Shown: positions 24,133 to 35,783 of the stretch, in pieces
Numbering within the stretch: the first letter of the stretch is position 1
Layout: each line of letters begins with the position of its first letter
Origin: Octopus sinensis
Taxonomy: Eukaryota
Assembly: GCF_006345805.1 (NCBI RefSeq)
Contig: NW_021826267.1
Span: 1-35,783 of the forward strand
Direction: 5' to 3'
DNA length: 35,783 nt
Program-made: the position numbers and the translations under genes
The notes under the pieces: generated by a model
The model's input: only the letters and a program-made list of their open reading frames with translations
What the model was told of the DNA's origin: nothing
The model's database searches: none

Positions 24133-24349
24133 CCCCTCTCTCTCTATCTGTATATATATATGCATACATATCTGTGTGTGTGTGATATACACACATATGC
24201 ATGTAGCTATATATATATTCATTTATATTCTATTTGGGCATGTCATGATAGCCATTTAATCGTATGAGTGCAAGCGTAGCATACACGTGTATTTAAATAA
24301 ACCATACATACGTAATATGTCGGGCACACAGACATGCGTTATAGGTTTC

Positions 24350-24373
24350 TGTATACATACATACATACATACA

Positions 24374-24405
<32 letters not shown>

Positions 24406-24424
24406 CATGCGTACATATATATAC

Positions 24425-24498
<74 letters not shown>

Positions 24499-24600
24499 CA
24501 TACACACACACACGTATATGGATGTATGTAATAATGTATATGTATATATGTATATATGTACATGTATACATAGATACATAGATACATACATATATATATA

Positions 24601-24668
<68 letters not shown>

Positions 24669-24682
24669 TATACACACACACA
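24350..24682. repeat. (TACA)n/(TA)n/(CA)n compound microsatellite
   Basis: Direct observation. Confidence 0.92.
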
Positions 24683-26631
24683 CAACTCCCACCTGCTCCT
24701 ATTTACTCGCACATATGAACATGTACACGAATGTTTTAGTCTGAAATTCTCGTATTGTAAACTTTATATAGAGAGATGAAATGTATATACATGTATACTT
24801 ATATGCATATATATGTCTGTGTGTGTATGTGCACATGTGTGTTTGCGGTGCGTATGTGCGTATGTATATATATATATATATATATGCACATACACATACA
24901 CGCACACATACAAACAGTAGATATGTTCAATTTCGTATTTTCGGTATCCTAAACTGTTTCTGTCATGGGAAACTTGCGGCCCAATGCCACAAAACAGAAA
25001 AAAAGAAAGGCAGAGAAGAAAAGAGAAAATATAGAATGAAAAAAGAGTAGAATAGTAAAAAAAGCACCAAAAACATACCAAAATGAGTTGGCCCACCCTG
25101 AACCGGCTTGCCAATAACAACAGATCACGCACCCCACCATTGAACATAGGACTTCACTGTTCTGACATTAGAGTTGACAGCTGGGAATAGAGGCAGATTA
25201 AATTTTGTTTGAGTCGATTTCAAATGACTGTTTATTTTTCTTGTTATTAATATTAATATTATTCCCTGTGTTAGGGCGGTAGAATAAGAGGAAAAAATAT
25301 AAAGAAAACGTGGAAGCGCCGGACTAAATGATGCCTTTTAGTATTCAGTTTCGTTCATGCGTGTTCTTAGATGAGGTTACGCCACGCTCGCCTTTTACTC
25401 TCGTTCCTACACGGTCAATAAAATAGACACAAAGAATATGTTGAGGTTTGACCCGGTAGGTTATATCTTACGATTGTGCAACTTGACATTATGTATTTGT
25501 AACATAACAAAAGATGGTTACTGCTTAGATGTAGGTCAGCTCTAACTAAAGTGTCCGTGTCCTGGCCAATTTATCTTTCATTCGATTGCAGACTATCTAG
25601 GATCATATTATTCAAAGTATTCGTCAGTTTTAAGATGAAACTTATTTCTGGGAAGTTGAGAGACCACAAAGAGTTTCCTACTTTTTAGTAACACCAGTTC
25701 AACCCAGAATCATCCTTCGATTTGAGATCATTTCGTCTTTAGATTAACTCAATTTAGATGTACATATAGCAACGTGTTTATATTTTACATCTTGTATCCA
25801 TAAGATATAACATCCTTTGTTATGATATTATAGCGTCTATTATTATGATGTTATAGCGTCCGTCATTTTAACCGATGTCTATTGCTGAAATAGTAAATTG
25901 ATTGTTTATTGTTTAACTCACGATCAGTTCCGAGCTAAAAGGTTGTTGATGAAATATATGAATAATAACCTTCATCATAGAGCGAATGTGTCTTTCACTG
26001 TTAAAACAGAAGGAAACGATTTGAGGGTGAGTTAACGGTTATTTCTAGCAAGATGATCAACCTTGAACCAGAAATCGAAACCGCGTCGAAAAAACCGCAT
26101 ATCGGTAGATCGTAGCTTCACATAGATCGCTAGAAACATTGATCTCAGCTGACGGAAAGAGAAAATAAAACAAGATCACACCCAGAATAATTAAATTTAA
26201 CCGAGGAAGAAGTGGCCGGAAGCAAAGTTAAAAAATTCCAGACCATCCCCCAACACCTCGAAAAATCGCTGGAAATCCTGTGGCGATTATAATGTTCCGT
26301 ACGTAAGACGAAACTACCTAATCAGCAACAATTGAAACCCTTGTAATAACATTGAAATACACGCTACTGTTACTAAATACTCCATTTCTTCCCTCTCCAA
26401 AATAATAAATAAAGCATAAAAAAGAAAGTCAAATAGAAATCAAAATAACCAGCAATTAAACAGTAATGATAAAAATCAGTCTTTATATTGAAAATATAAA
26501 CAACATGTACGATTCTTATTTTTCTTTTTCAAATTTCTTCCACTTCACATCGTGAAAGTCAGCGATATTTACACTTTTGGAGAAATTGGTCCCTCACTGG
26601 ATAAACCACAATATTTTCCCACGCGAGTGGT

Positions 26632-26633
<2 letters not shown>

Positions 26634-26663
<30 letters not shown>

Positions 26664-26898
26664 TGTATGTATGTATGCATGTATGCATGCATGTATGCAT
26701 GTATGTATGTATGTATGTATGTATGTATGCATGTATGCATGTATGTATGTATGTATGCATGTATGTATGTATGTATGTATGTATGCATGTATGTATGTAT
26801 GCATGTATGTATGTATGTATGTATATCTGTATGTATCTCTCTCTCTCTCTCGCTCTCTCTCTCTCTATCTCTCTATCTATCTATCTCTATCTATCTAT
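26634..26898. repeat. (TATG)n with CATG variants followed by (CT)n/(CTAT)n
   Basis: Direct observation. Confidence 0.93.
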
Positions 26899-27424
26899 AT
26901 AACGAAGTAAAACCTGTTGGCTAAAATATAAATAAACCTACAAGCTTTATTTAGTTCGCTTAGAGTTGAATCTTTTAAGTACATCCCATCGACAAGAGTC
27001 AATAAACTCGAAACATCGATGTCTGAGACTCCCAAGAGATGGCGACACTGAACGAACTGGGTGATTTCACACCTTTTTACCATAAAAGAGATTTCTTCAC
27101 GGTAACTGCAGTGTATTTGCCTTTAGCAGTTGAGATATGTAGCAAACATATTTCAACTAACCTAAATTGTGATTATATATAGTAGAAATATGTTACAAAA
27201 AGAAAATATAAAATACACATGGAAATGTAAGGGTAAAATATGAAAAATCAACGAAAATGCACATTGTAAATAAACAAAGGCTTTTTATGACAGGTAACGA
27301 CAAATATATACATTTAGATTGACTGAGGTAGTAATAAGAGTCATAAAAGTCATTATTATGAGATGTTTATAAGATGATTATAAAGTAAGAGAACAAAACG
27401 GACCATGGTTTACGCAAAGCTATT

Positions 27425-27463
<39 letters not shown>

Positions 27464-27466
<3 letters not shown>

Positions 27467-27700
27467 GTATTTAGAAATGGTCATTTTGCCAGTTCAGCCA
27501 GTAAAAACACACGCACAATATATTTGGTGTTACTTTGCTTCAGCGTTATATATATTTTACTTTTTTACATTTTAATCATATTTCGACCAGAGTTCTTTCG
27601 TCATACTCCTGTAACCTCATCAGTGGTTCCTTTGCTTTCTTCTTTCTTATTTGTGTGTCTCTCCTTACTAACGGTCAGCCATTTATATATATACGTAGTC
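27464..27700 (-). mobile_element. Penelope-like pseudo-LTR fragment
   Basis: Contains a minimal type I hammerhead; terminus GTTGTATTTAGAAATGGTCATTTT is shared with 30111 and, inverted, with 30438-30463; inserted at (TA)n. Confidence 0.65.
27586..27627 (-). ncRNA. Minimal type I hammerhead ribozyme
   Basis: Minus strand ACCA-CTGATGA-G-GTTACA ggag TATGAC-GAAAG aa CT-C-TGGT. Confidence 0.75.
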
Positions 27701-28236
27701 TGTTGTAGTATCTCAACCGATCAACATTTAGTCTCCCTAAATTCAATATCTTCAAAAGGCAACCTTTTATTATATATGTTTTGTAATTTGTACTTAGTAT
27801 AAATTGAAACAATTGAAGGCAATGTTAATTAATTAATAAATAAAGTTAAAGAAGTGATTTTAAATTCCCAGGCGCAGGATAATGCTACTGAACAGGATAA
27901 GCTATCCCTATTTTGCAGAACATGTGTTGGCGGCGATTGATTTATATCTATTAAATCTTTCCCTTTACTTATTATATAATATATATATCTATATATAAAT
28001 ATATGTATACATATATATATATATGTATGTATATATTTAAGTGTATGTTTGTGACTTTGTTTCTGCGTTTCACCCTCATCACTGCTTCACAACTGCTGTT
28101 CGTTTATTTACATCCCCATTACTTACTGGTTTCACAAGAAACTAATAGAATAAGTTCCAGGCATATCAACAAGCACTATGCTGTGTCTCATATTTTTGTT
28201 TGCCCATTCAGTTGTATCTATCAATTTATTTGTGTG

Positions 28237-28268
<32 letters not shown>

Positions 28269-28276
28269 CATATAAT

Positions 28277-28309
<33 letters not shown>

Positions 28310-28405
28310 ATATATTATATATATATATTATATTATATATATTATATATATATATATATAATATATATATATAGATATATACATGCATGTATGTATATGT
28401 GTACA

Positions 28406-30084
28406 TTCATATTTATTATATCAAAGACAATGTCTTTATGTGTTCGTGTATTACTTATACATTCGAAGACTGCTGCAGCGATCATAATGAAATTTGGAAC
28501 ACAAAATCGAAGCCTAGGGAGAAGGGTAATGCTGTGTGTTTCATACAATTTCATGGACCAAAATTACTGAATGGATCCTTATGATATTTGAAACTTAGAT
28601 TCAATGCATAAGGGCGGGTATAATGCAATATGTTTGGTTTGAATTTCAGAAGGTTTAAAGGGGGCAGAAGCTCCCATGAAAATTCATAAATTTTCGATGT
28701 TGATGAAATTTCAACCATGGGTAATTGATACACATCAAGAAGTATTCTCAAAGTTTCCGCTTCACATGAGGATTCTAAGGCACCCTAATGGGGGCCTTAA
28801 TTCCCAAATTTTAGTAATTTCTTTTATGATCCAAAACTAAGTCAAAAGTACTGAATGGATCTTTACGAAATTTGGAAATTATATTCTATGCATAAGGGCC
28901 ACAACCCTCATGACAATTCATATATTTTTGCTGTTGATGAAATTTTAACCATAGATATTAGATACAAATGAAGTAATATTTATAAAATTTCATCTTCTTA
29001 CAAGTTAGAAAGACCCCTTCATGGGGTCTTAACACCCACAATTTTGTCATTTTATCTAAGCAAAGACGAATAGTTGTACTCTTGGAAGCTGTGGGGTCAT
29101 CCGAGCATAGAAGATGAGCGTTATTTGTAATCCAATGGTACAACAGTGTAAGAGTTTGCTTTGACATACACTTAGATTGTGATTTCTGCAATGTGCTGCA
29201 TAAATTGTTAAGTAAATGAGAGGTATCTTTGCCTCCACTGGTTCAGTTGCAAAGTGTTGAGTAAAGTTATTTGATTGCAGATCTCCTTTCAGTCTTTTTA
29301 TTATCAATGGGTCACACATAGTCCCCACATGGTAACATTGATTTCAAGGTCTTCCCAGATGAGTGACTGGTTATTCAAAGACATTTATAGATTGTAAATT
29401 TATTCTGTCCAGTTACATATCAGTATAGTGGTCATTTGCAAACTCCAACTTTCGTTTCTCCTTAGCCATCACGTCACACAGTTGTTAATGTTTATTTCAG
29501 TTGGGTCACGCCCTTCGAATTGCTATAGATTCGTAATGCATCTTACGGCTGTGCCTGTTACCTGCATGGTGAGGAATACTACATTGGGAGTGGTAACGAC
29601 TTGGGTACTGTAGCTGACTGCTTATTGTGATCATTCGTCTTTTGGTTTCCTGTAGCTTTGCTCTCTTTTACAAACCCAGTGAACATATATTTCCTATTTC
29701 AAAGAAATTCAAACAATAGATATAAGACCCACGTTAGAATGATTCTCAACAATTCAACTTCTCTGGTTGACAATAAGATGCCCACCCACAATAGGGGCGT
29801 TAACTCTCACATTTTAGAGCTCCATGACCTCCATTTTTCAGGAGCAAAATCCTTTTAACAGCTATAAGACTGGAATTTTGGAATATGCGCATAAAAATCA
29901 GTAGTATGAGGTACATGTGGCACGATTACAATTTTGTTTGGGTGTGTAAAGAGGGAAATAACCCTCATCTGCAATTTTGATGAAATTCAAAACATAGGTA
30001 TTACAGTTCATTACAGAAAATATAACAGAAAAGCCTAATTCTTCAAATGTATGTAGCTCGGGCAACGCCAGGTAACTCTGCTAG
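28406..30084 (+). mobile_element. Non-autonomous Helitron with internal repeats and cargo
   Basis: 3' hairpin CTCGGGCAACGCCAGG followed by CTAG|T (30081-30085); 5' AT-rich start then GATCATAATGAAATTTGG; duplicated blocks 28560-28820 and 28843-29053. 5' boundary is approximate. Confidence 0.6.
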
Positions 30085-30109
<25 letters not shown>

Positions 30110-30115
<6 letters not shown>

Positions 30116-30176
30116 ACTTCAGAATGGTCATTTTATATATCTATTTATTTATTTATTTCTTCCAATTAAACATACG

Positions 30177-30221
<45 letters not shown>

Positions 30222-30463
30222 CTTCACTCGTTTATTACTGTTATTTTCTTATTTTGACGTTTGTCCATTGTCCGGAAATATTTCGTTACACATCTGTGAC
30301 CCCTTCAGCGACACTTTTGTGGATAGGGCGTATTTTTATTCGGCCCAAAAAAATAAATAAATAATAATATAATAATAATAATAATAATAATAATATAATA
30401 ATAATAATAATAATATAATAATAAATAAATATAAAAATAAAATGACCATATTGAAATACAACA
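30110..30463 (-). mobile_element. Penelope-like pLTR fragment with inverted terminal copy
   Basis: 23/26 inverted match between 30110-30135 and 30438-30463; internal hammerhead. Confidence 0.65.
30269..30313 (-). ncRNA. Degenerate minimal type I hammerhead
   Basis: Minus strand TGTCG-CTGAAGG-G-GTCACA gatg TGTAAC-GAAATATTTC-CGGACA; palindromic stem III region; A9G. Confidence 0.55.
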
Positions 30464-30520
30464 GTATCTGTTTCAACAGACGATTACACATCAGGAATCT
30501 TGCAAAACGAATAGATAAAC

Positions 30521-30578
<58 letters not shown>

Positions 30579-30593
30579 CACATGTACAATCAT

Positions 30594-30644
<51 letters not shown>

Positions 30645-31406
30645 ACATATTTCTATATGTATGACCGAAAACAAAAACAAAACAAAAAGCAACCGAAAGG
30701 GTGTGTAGCGACGTAAAGTTTAACTACACCAGAGTAAAGCTATATAAAAGAAAAAAGAAAAGAAAGACAAAACAATAAAAATAATAACAAAAGCAACATT
30801 GCAAGAAAGCATAAATTATTTAATTACCAAAATTTGTTTCGGAACTTTGCGTTTGTAACAGTACACGTGTTAGAAAGCAGTCGATCTAATATGAACGAAA
30901 TATATCAAACACCTCCTGAGAAATACTGGAACTACATAAGAAAAGGAAGTTCACAAGTGACTTAATTTTTTTTATAAGAAGAGGGATGTATCTATTATTT
31001 TTCTTAATTTCACGCTAAATTCAAACTTACCGAAACAAATTGAACACATGCGATATGACGAAACTGAGGCCGAAACAATAATGTGTGAGCCTCTATGATC
31101 TCACAGTGTTGATTGCATTGCTAGAATTAAGAGCCAAAAGTTCTCCTGCAAATCATTCTCAACAGTCGTTGAAAAGAAAGAAAGAAACAAAGAATGAACG
31201 AAAAAAGAAAGAATGAATGAAAAAGAAAGAAGGAAAGAAAGACCCTTTAGATAATGTAATCCTAGCTGTCCTGTTTAAAGATGAGGTGGTCACGATTGAG
31301 TCATCTTTGATCAGAGACCTGTTTGACCAGATCAAACCTGGTGGAGAGAGAGATGGGGAGAACACAGACAGAAAGATGGGATGGAAGGGAGAGAGAGAGG
31401 AGAGAG

Positions 31407-31443
<37 letters not shown>

Positions 31444-32225
31444 GAATCAACCTCTTTATGAAAGGCAAAATTGACATCTAGTTGGGATTTCAGTTCAGAG
31501 CTCAGAGAGCCGGAACAAATACCACAAAGCGTTTTATCTAGCGGTGCTCTAGTTCTTCATTTTTTTCTTCAATTCACTGTCTGACGAATGTCAACTGAAG
31601 AACTGAAGAAGTTTAAAGGCATCGTTGACCTCGATCAGATTTGAACTAAGAACATAAATGCATTTGCGTGACATACAATAATGCTATTTCCAAACCAATA
31701 CCACCGTTTGTATTAGAAAGGTGTAATACTAATGTTCCAAACCGAATAGACTTCCCCATAAAGTCTTAGAGATGATCAAACAGAGTTTCCTGCCAGAATA
31801 TCTCCACGACCGGTTTATCCCTCTCACCAGTATTGCGCATTTGCGACATTATCAAGATCTGTCCTTCTACTTTCTGTGAGGCTATAAGTGTAATTTCACG
31901 GGGCGGTGTTGGTTGCTGTTTCTAGGAGAGCGAACAATCATACCCAGATATATTGGTTCCTAGAAGTGTTATTGATATATGTGAAGCGATTCCAACTGGG
32001 AATAACAAGACGGTTTTTGCAGCGTACACAATATATCTAAAGCGCATCGGTTATTTCTGGTCTATTTCATAGCATTATCAGATATAGAATGTAAATAAAA
32101 CTAAAATGAAACTCTACCTATTACACCAAAGAACTATTGTATTACAACACTGTTATACACATCCATAACACAACACTTTTACACCATAACATCACGCAAT
32201 TACACGTTATTTTCTAAAATATTTT

Positions 32226-32702
32226 CCAAGCTTGCTTCCCTACCACATGGTACCGGGTTCAGTCCTACAGCGTGGCTACTTAGCTAGGTGTCTTCTACAA
32301 TAGCCTCGGGCCAACCAAAGCCTTGTTAGTGGATTTGGTTTATGGAAACTGAAAGAAACCCATCGTATATAGATATATATATACAAATATATATATAAAT
32401 GGCGGTGCCCCAGCAAAATGGCGGTGCCCCAGCATGGCCACAGCTCATGAGCTGAAACCAGAAGAAAAAAAAAAAAAAAAATGTATATATACATATATAT
32501 GTTTGTATGTGTGTATGCGTGTGTATGTATGTGTATCTTTGTGTCTCTGTTGGTGTGTTTACGTCCCTGTAGGTTAGCGGTGTGGCAAAAGATCTCGATA
32601 TAATAAATCCCAAGCTTTAAAAGCTAATAAACACTGGAGTCGATTCATTCGACTAAAATGAATTCAAGACGGTGCCCTAGCACCTAATTACTGAAACAAG
32701 AC
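32226..32702 (+). mobile_element. Degenerate SINE family A copy with nested 3'-tail insertion
   Basis: Head 32226-32365, extra tail plus A run 32397-32481, body and tail 32520-32702. Confidence 0.75.
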
Positions 32703-33200
32703 AAAAATATTTTGTACGCCTATATGAATGTGTGTTTTTGTATGTATGTATGTATGTATGTATTATATATATATGTATATAGTATGTATGTATAACTCTA
32801 TCTCTCTATGTGTATGTGTATATGTGTGTACACTATATAATATACATATATATACATATTATATATACATATATATAATATATATATATATATATACACA
32901 TATATATATACGTATATATATTATATACATCTATATATATATAATATATATATATATAATATATATATATATAATACATATATTATATAATATATACTAC
33001 ACACACACACATATATAATACATATATATATCAAGAGATCCCCAAGAATTCATTAAAAAACAGTCCCAATCACTGCTATAATCCATAACGTGCCAATTTT
33101 AAGTCATTTAAACATTTAACACCCTACTACTTTCACACTACCTACATTCCTTCTTATTCTCCCTTGTCTTTCTCTTTCTTCTTCTTCTTCTTCTTCTTCT

Positions 33201-33235
<35 letters not shown>

Positions 33236-33416
33236 TTCTCCCTCTTCTTCTTCTTCCCTACCAAGAATTCACAACGACCTCGAACCCACAAGAGTAAACA
33301 AGAGAGACAGAGACAGGCAGAAACAAGGAAAATGCCACTTGTATTTGAACACTATACACATATTCTTCTAAAAAACTTTTCTTGTAAATCTTCTAAATTT
33401 AATTGTTTAATTGTTA

Positions 33417-33452
33417 CAGTTGAAAAAGTCTCAATGTCTGAAACCGGTACTG
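33417..33452 (+). ncRNA. Decayed minimal type I hammerhead (Penelope-type)
   Basis: CAG-TTGAAAA-AGTC tcaat GTCT-GAAACCGGT-A-CTG; palindromic ACCGGT; two substitutions relative to CTGAAGA. Confidence 0.45.
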
Positions 33453-33502
33453 AAATGTTTTTTATAAAAGTATTTTAGCATTTTTTATCTTGACTTTTTT
33501 CC

Positions 33503-33597
<95 letters not shown>

Positions 33598-33996
33598 GAG
33601 AGAGAGAGGAGGGGGAGAGAGAATTATGGCTGAAATACTGTGAGATGGTAGTATTTATGTTGCATTATTTCATTGCTTAATGATCTGTACAAAAGTGCTG
33701 CTATCTAATATACTACAACACTGTTGCATTACAACACAATTACACAGATCCATAACATAACAGTAACATACTACAACGTCACCCTATCACAACATATTAA
33801 GTCACTTCAGTACAATTACACCCATATTATTGTTGTTGTCGATGTTATTGTTGAACTGTAATGCAGTAAACCTATAATAAAAGACACTCCAGGTATGACC
33901 ATCGAATATTTTTGCGAAAAAGAAAATGGATGTCGAGGACTATTTTATTTACCATGTGTCATGCCTTCTTTTTATGAGGATTGATTCCGATTTCTA

Positions 33997-35280
33997 TTGG
34001 GTTGTTCGGAAAGTTCGTGCCGATTTATAAAGGAAAGAAATAGGTCAATAAATACATACCATTACATTTTTAATCAACCAAATATGAACCATTTTGTTGC
34101 GCAATGCGTCTCCATCTTTCCTTTAACTTGAAAATACCCTCTTCCCAGAATTGAGGTGGTTTCATGGCAAAGAATTCATCAAGGTGTCTTTTTACGTCAT
34201 CCAAAGAATTGAAATTTTTACCATTAAGACCATTCTGCAGAGACCTGAATAAGTGGAAATCCAAAGGAGCAATATCTGGCAAATATAGAGGGTGGAGTAA
34301 TACATCCCAACTGAGCTGCAGCAATTTTTGTCTGGTTCCCAAAGAAACGTGCAGTCTTGCATTATCATGTTGGAAAACAACATCCTTCCTGTTGGCCAAT
34401 TCTGGATGCTTCTCTTGAATTGCTGCTTTTAACTCGTCCAGTTGTGTGCAGTATTTCTCAGAATTAATTGTCTGGTTACTTGGGAGAAGCTTATAATACA
34501 GAATTCCTTTCCAATCCCACCAGACACAAAGCAAGACGTTTTTAGGGTGAAGAGCCGTTTTGTGGGTGGCTAAGGGTGGCTCATGTCGCTTACTCCAGGA
34601 TCGCTTTCTCTGAACATTTCGGTAGATAATCCATTTCTCATCATCTGCCACAATTTTCTTTAAAAAAGGGGCATTTTCATTCCGTTTATAAAGCGAATCA
34701 CAAATGGAAATGTGATTCAAAAGGTTCTTCTCACTCAACTCATGTGGTACCCAAACATCGGAGCGATTTGTGTACCCTAGCTTTACCAGGAGTTCATGAA
34801 CGACGGATTTTGATAGGTTGAGTCTGTCTACCAATTCTCGGGTTGTGCAATGTGGGTTATTCTCAGCTAATGACTTGATTTGGTCATCATCTGTAGTGGC
34901 TGGTCTGTCTGATCACTCTTTATCAATAAGGTTACAATCTCCAGTTTGGAACCTTGCGAACCATTTCCATATAGTTCTTTCAGATAAAGAAACATCATCG
35001 TAAACTGCGTATATTTCTTTGGTTGCTTGTGAGGCATTTTCCCCTTACGGAAAAAGAAAAGCATCAAGTGCCGAAAATGAACTTTCTTATCTTCCATTTT
35101 AAAGGGTTACAGAATTAACACAGGTTATAGGAACATAAATCTTCTTCCAAGAAAAGATAGTTTCAACTGTACTCTAAATGGAGGTGTAGTCAAATCCTAT
35201 CGTATTGGACTCAACCATGTTCTAAAATAAGTCGAAAGGTAAGCTACTATAAATCGGCACGAACTTTCCGGACAACCCAA
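33997..35280 (-). mobile_element. Full-length mariner (DD34D), 1284 bp
   Basis: 33-bp TIRs 33997-34029 and 35248-35280 (1 mismatch); TA TSD on both sides. Confidence 0.97.
34070..35097 (-). pseudogene. Mariner transposase, disabled
   Basis: ATG at 35097, frameshift near 35040, in-frame TGA near 34914; WVPHEL, DEKW, HDNA..34 aa..D, YLPDIAPLD (YSPDLAPSD variant). Confidence 0.95.
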
Positions 35281-35491
35281 TAATATGTCCAACGGCCACT
35301 TAAATCACTGCTTTATGGGTCTTTACCAACACTACTAATTTCGGTGAATCAATAATCCTTTGAAGCTGTTTTCATAAATGTAAACAAATAATTAATTGTT
35401 TACGAAAATTAACGTCATTGATATATCGTTGAAGTTAAAGCTCCCGCAATATGATAATGTAGTTGTAGTCTTTTAATATAGTGTAACAGAA

Positions 35492-35783
35492 GGTGGCGAG
35501 CTGGCAGAAACTTTAGCACGCCAGGCGAAATGCGTAGCCGTATTTCGTCTGCCGTTACGTTCTGAGTTCAAATTCCGCCGAGGTCGACTTTGCCTTTCAT
35601 CCTTTCGGGGTCGATAAATCAAGGGCGAGATACGCACTGGGGTCGATGTAATCGATTTAATCCGTTTGTCTGTCCTTGTTTGTCCTCCCTGTGTTTAGCC
35701 CCTTGTGGGGAGTAAAGAAATAGTATTTTTGTCCGCCGCTGCGTTCTGAGTTCAAATTCCGCCGAGGTCGACTTTGCCTTTCA
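35492..35783 (+). mobile_element. SINE family B dimer, cut by the window edge
   Basis: Monomer 35492-35722, then a restart of the headless unit as at about 19730. Confidence 0.88.

Noticed and set aside
24922-25148. 10-bp inverted repeat TATGTTCAAT/ATTGAACATA as a MITE
   Set aside because: Short and AT-rich, no TSD, no second copy; compatible with chance.
28560-29053. Repeat-spacer pattern resembling a CRISPR array
   Set aside because: Two degenerate blocks of about 230-280 bp inside a eukaryotic Helitron; no short identical repeats and no cas genes.

Overview
AT-rich, microsatellite-saturated animal genomic DNA with no confidently identifiable host gene. The SINE families and repeat landscape look like Octopus (coleoid cephalopod) intronic/intergenic DNA; that assignment is inference from recognition. 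Most ORFs in the track are microsatellite or SINE artefacts. Supportable content: several tRNA-derived SINE families; CR1/L2-type LINE relics (endonuclease and RT pieces); three stacked R4/Dong-type REL-endonuclease retrotransposon 3' ends in triplet microsatellites; a Tc1 fragment; a full-length but disabled DD34D mariner with 33-bp TIRs; non-autonomous Helitrons; and a decayed piggyBac. The most interesting signal is at the RNA level. Two divergent non-coding elements (about 971-1792 on +, about 8660-9005 on -) each carry all three strands of a hammerhead ribozyme in a non-circularly permuted order (NUH strand, then GAAA strand, then CUGAUGA strand), with compensatory changes in stems I and III and a conserved upstream hairpin. 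Three ordinary Penelope-type minimal type I hammerheads also occur (27586-27627, 30269-30313, 33417-33452). All structures and protein resemblances were read by eye and need computational and experimental confirmation.
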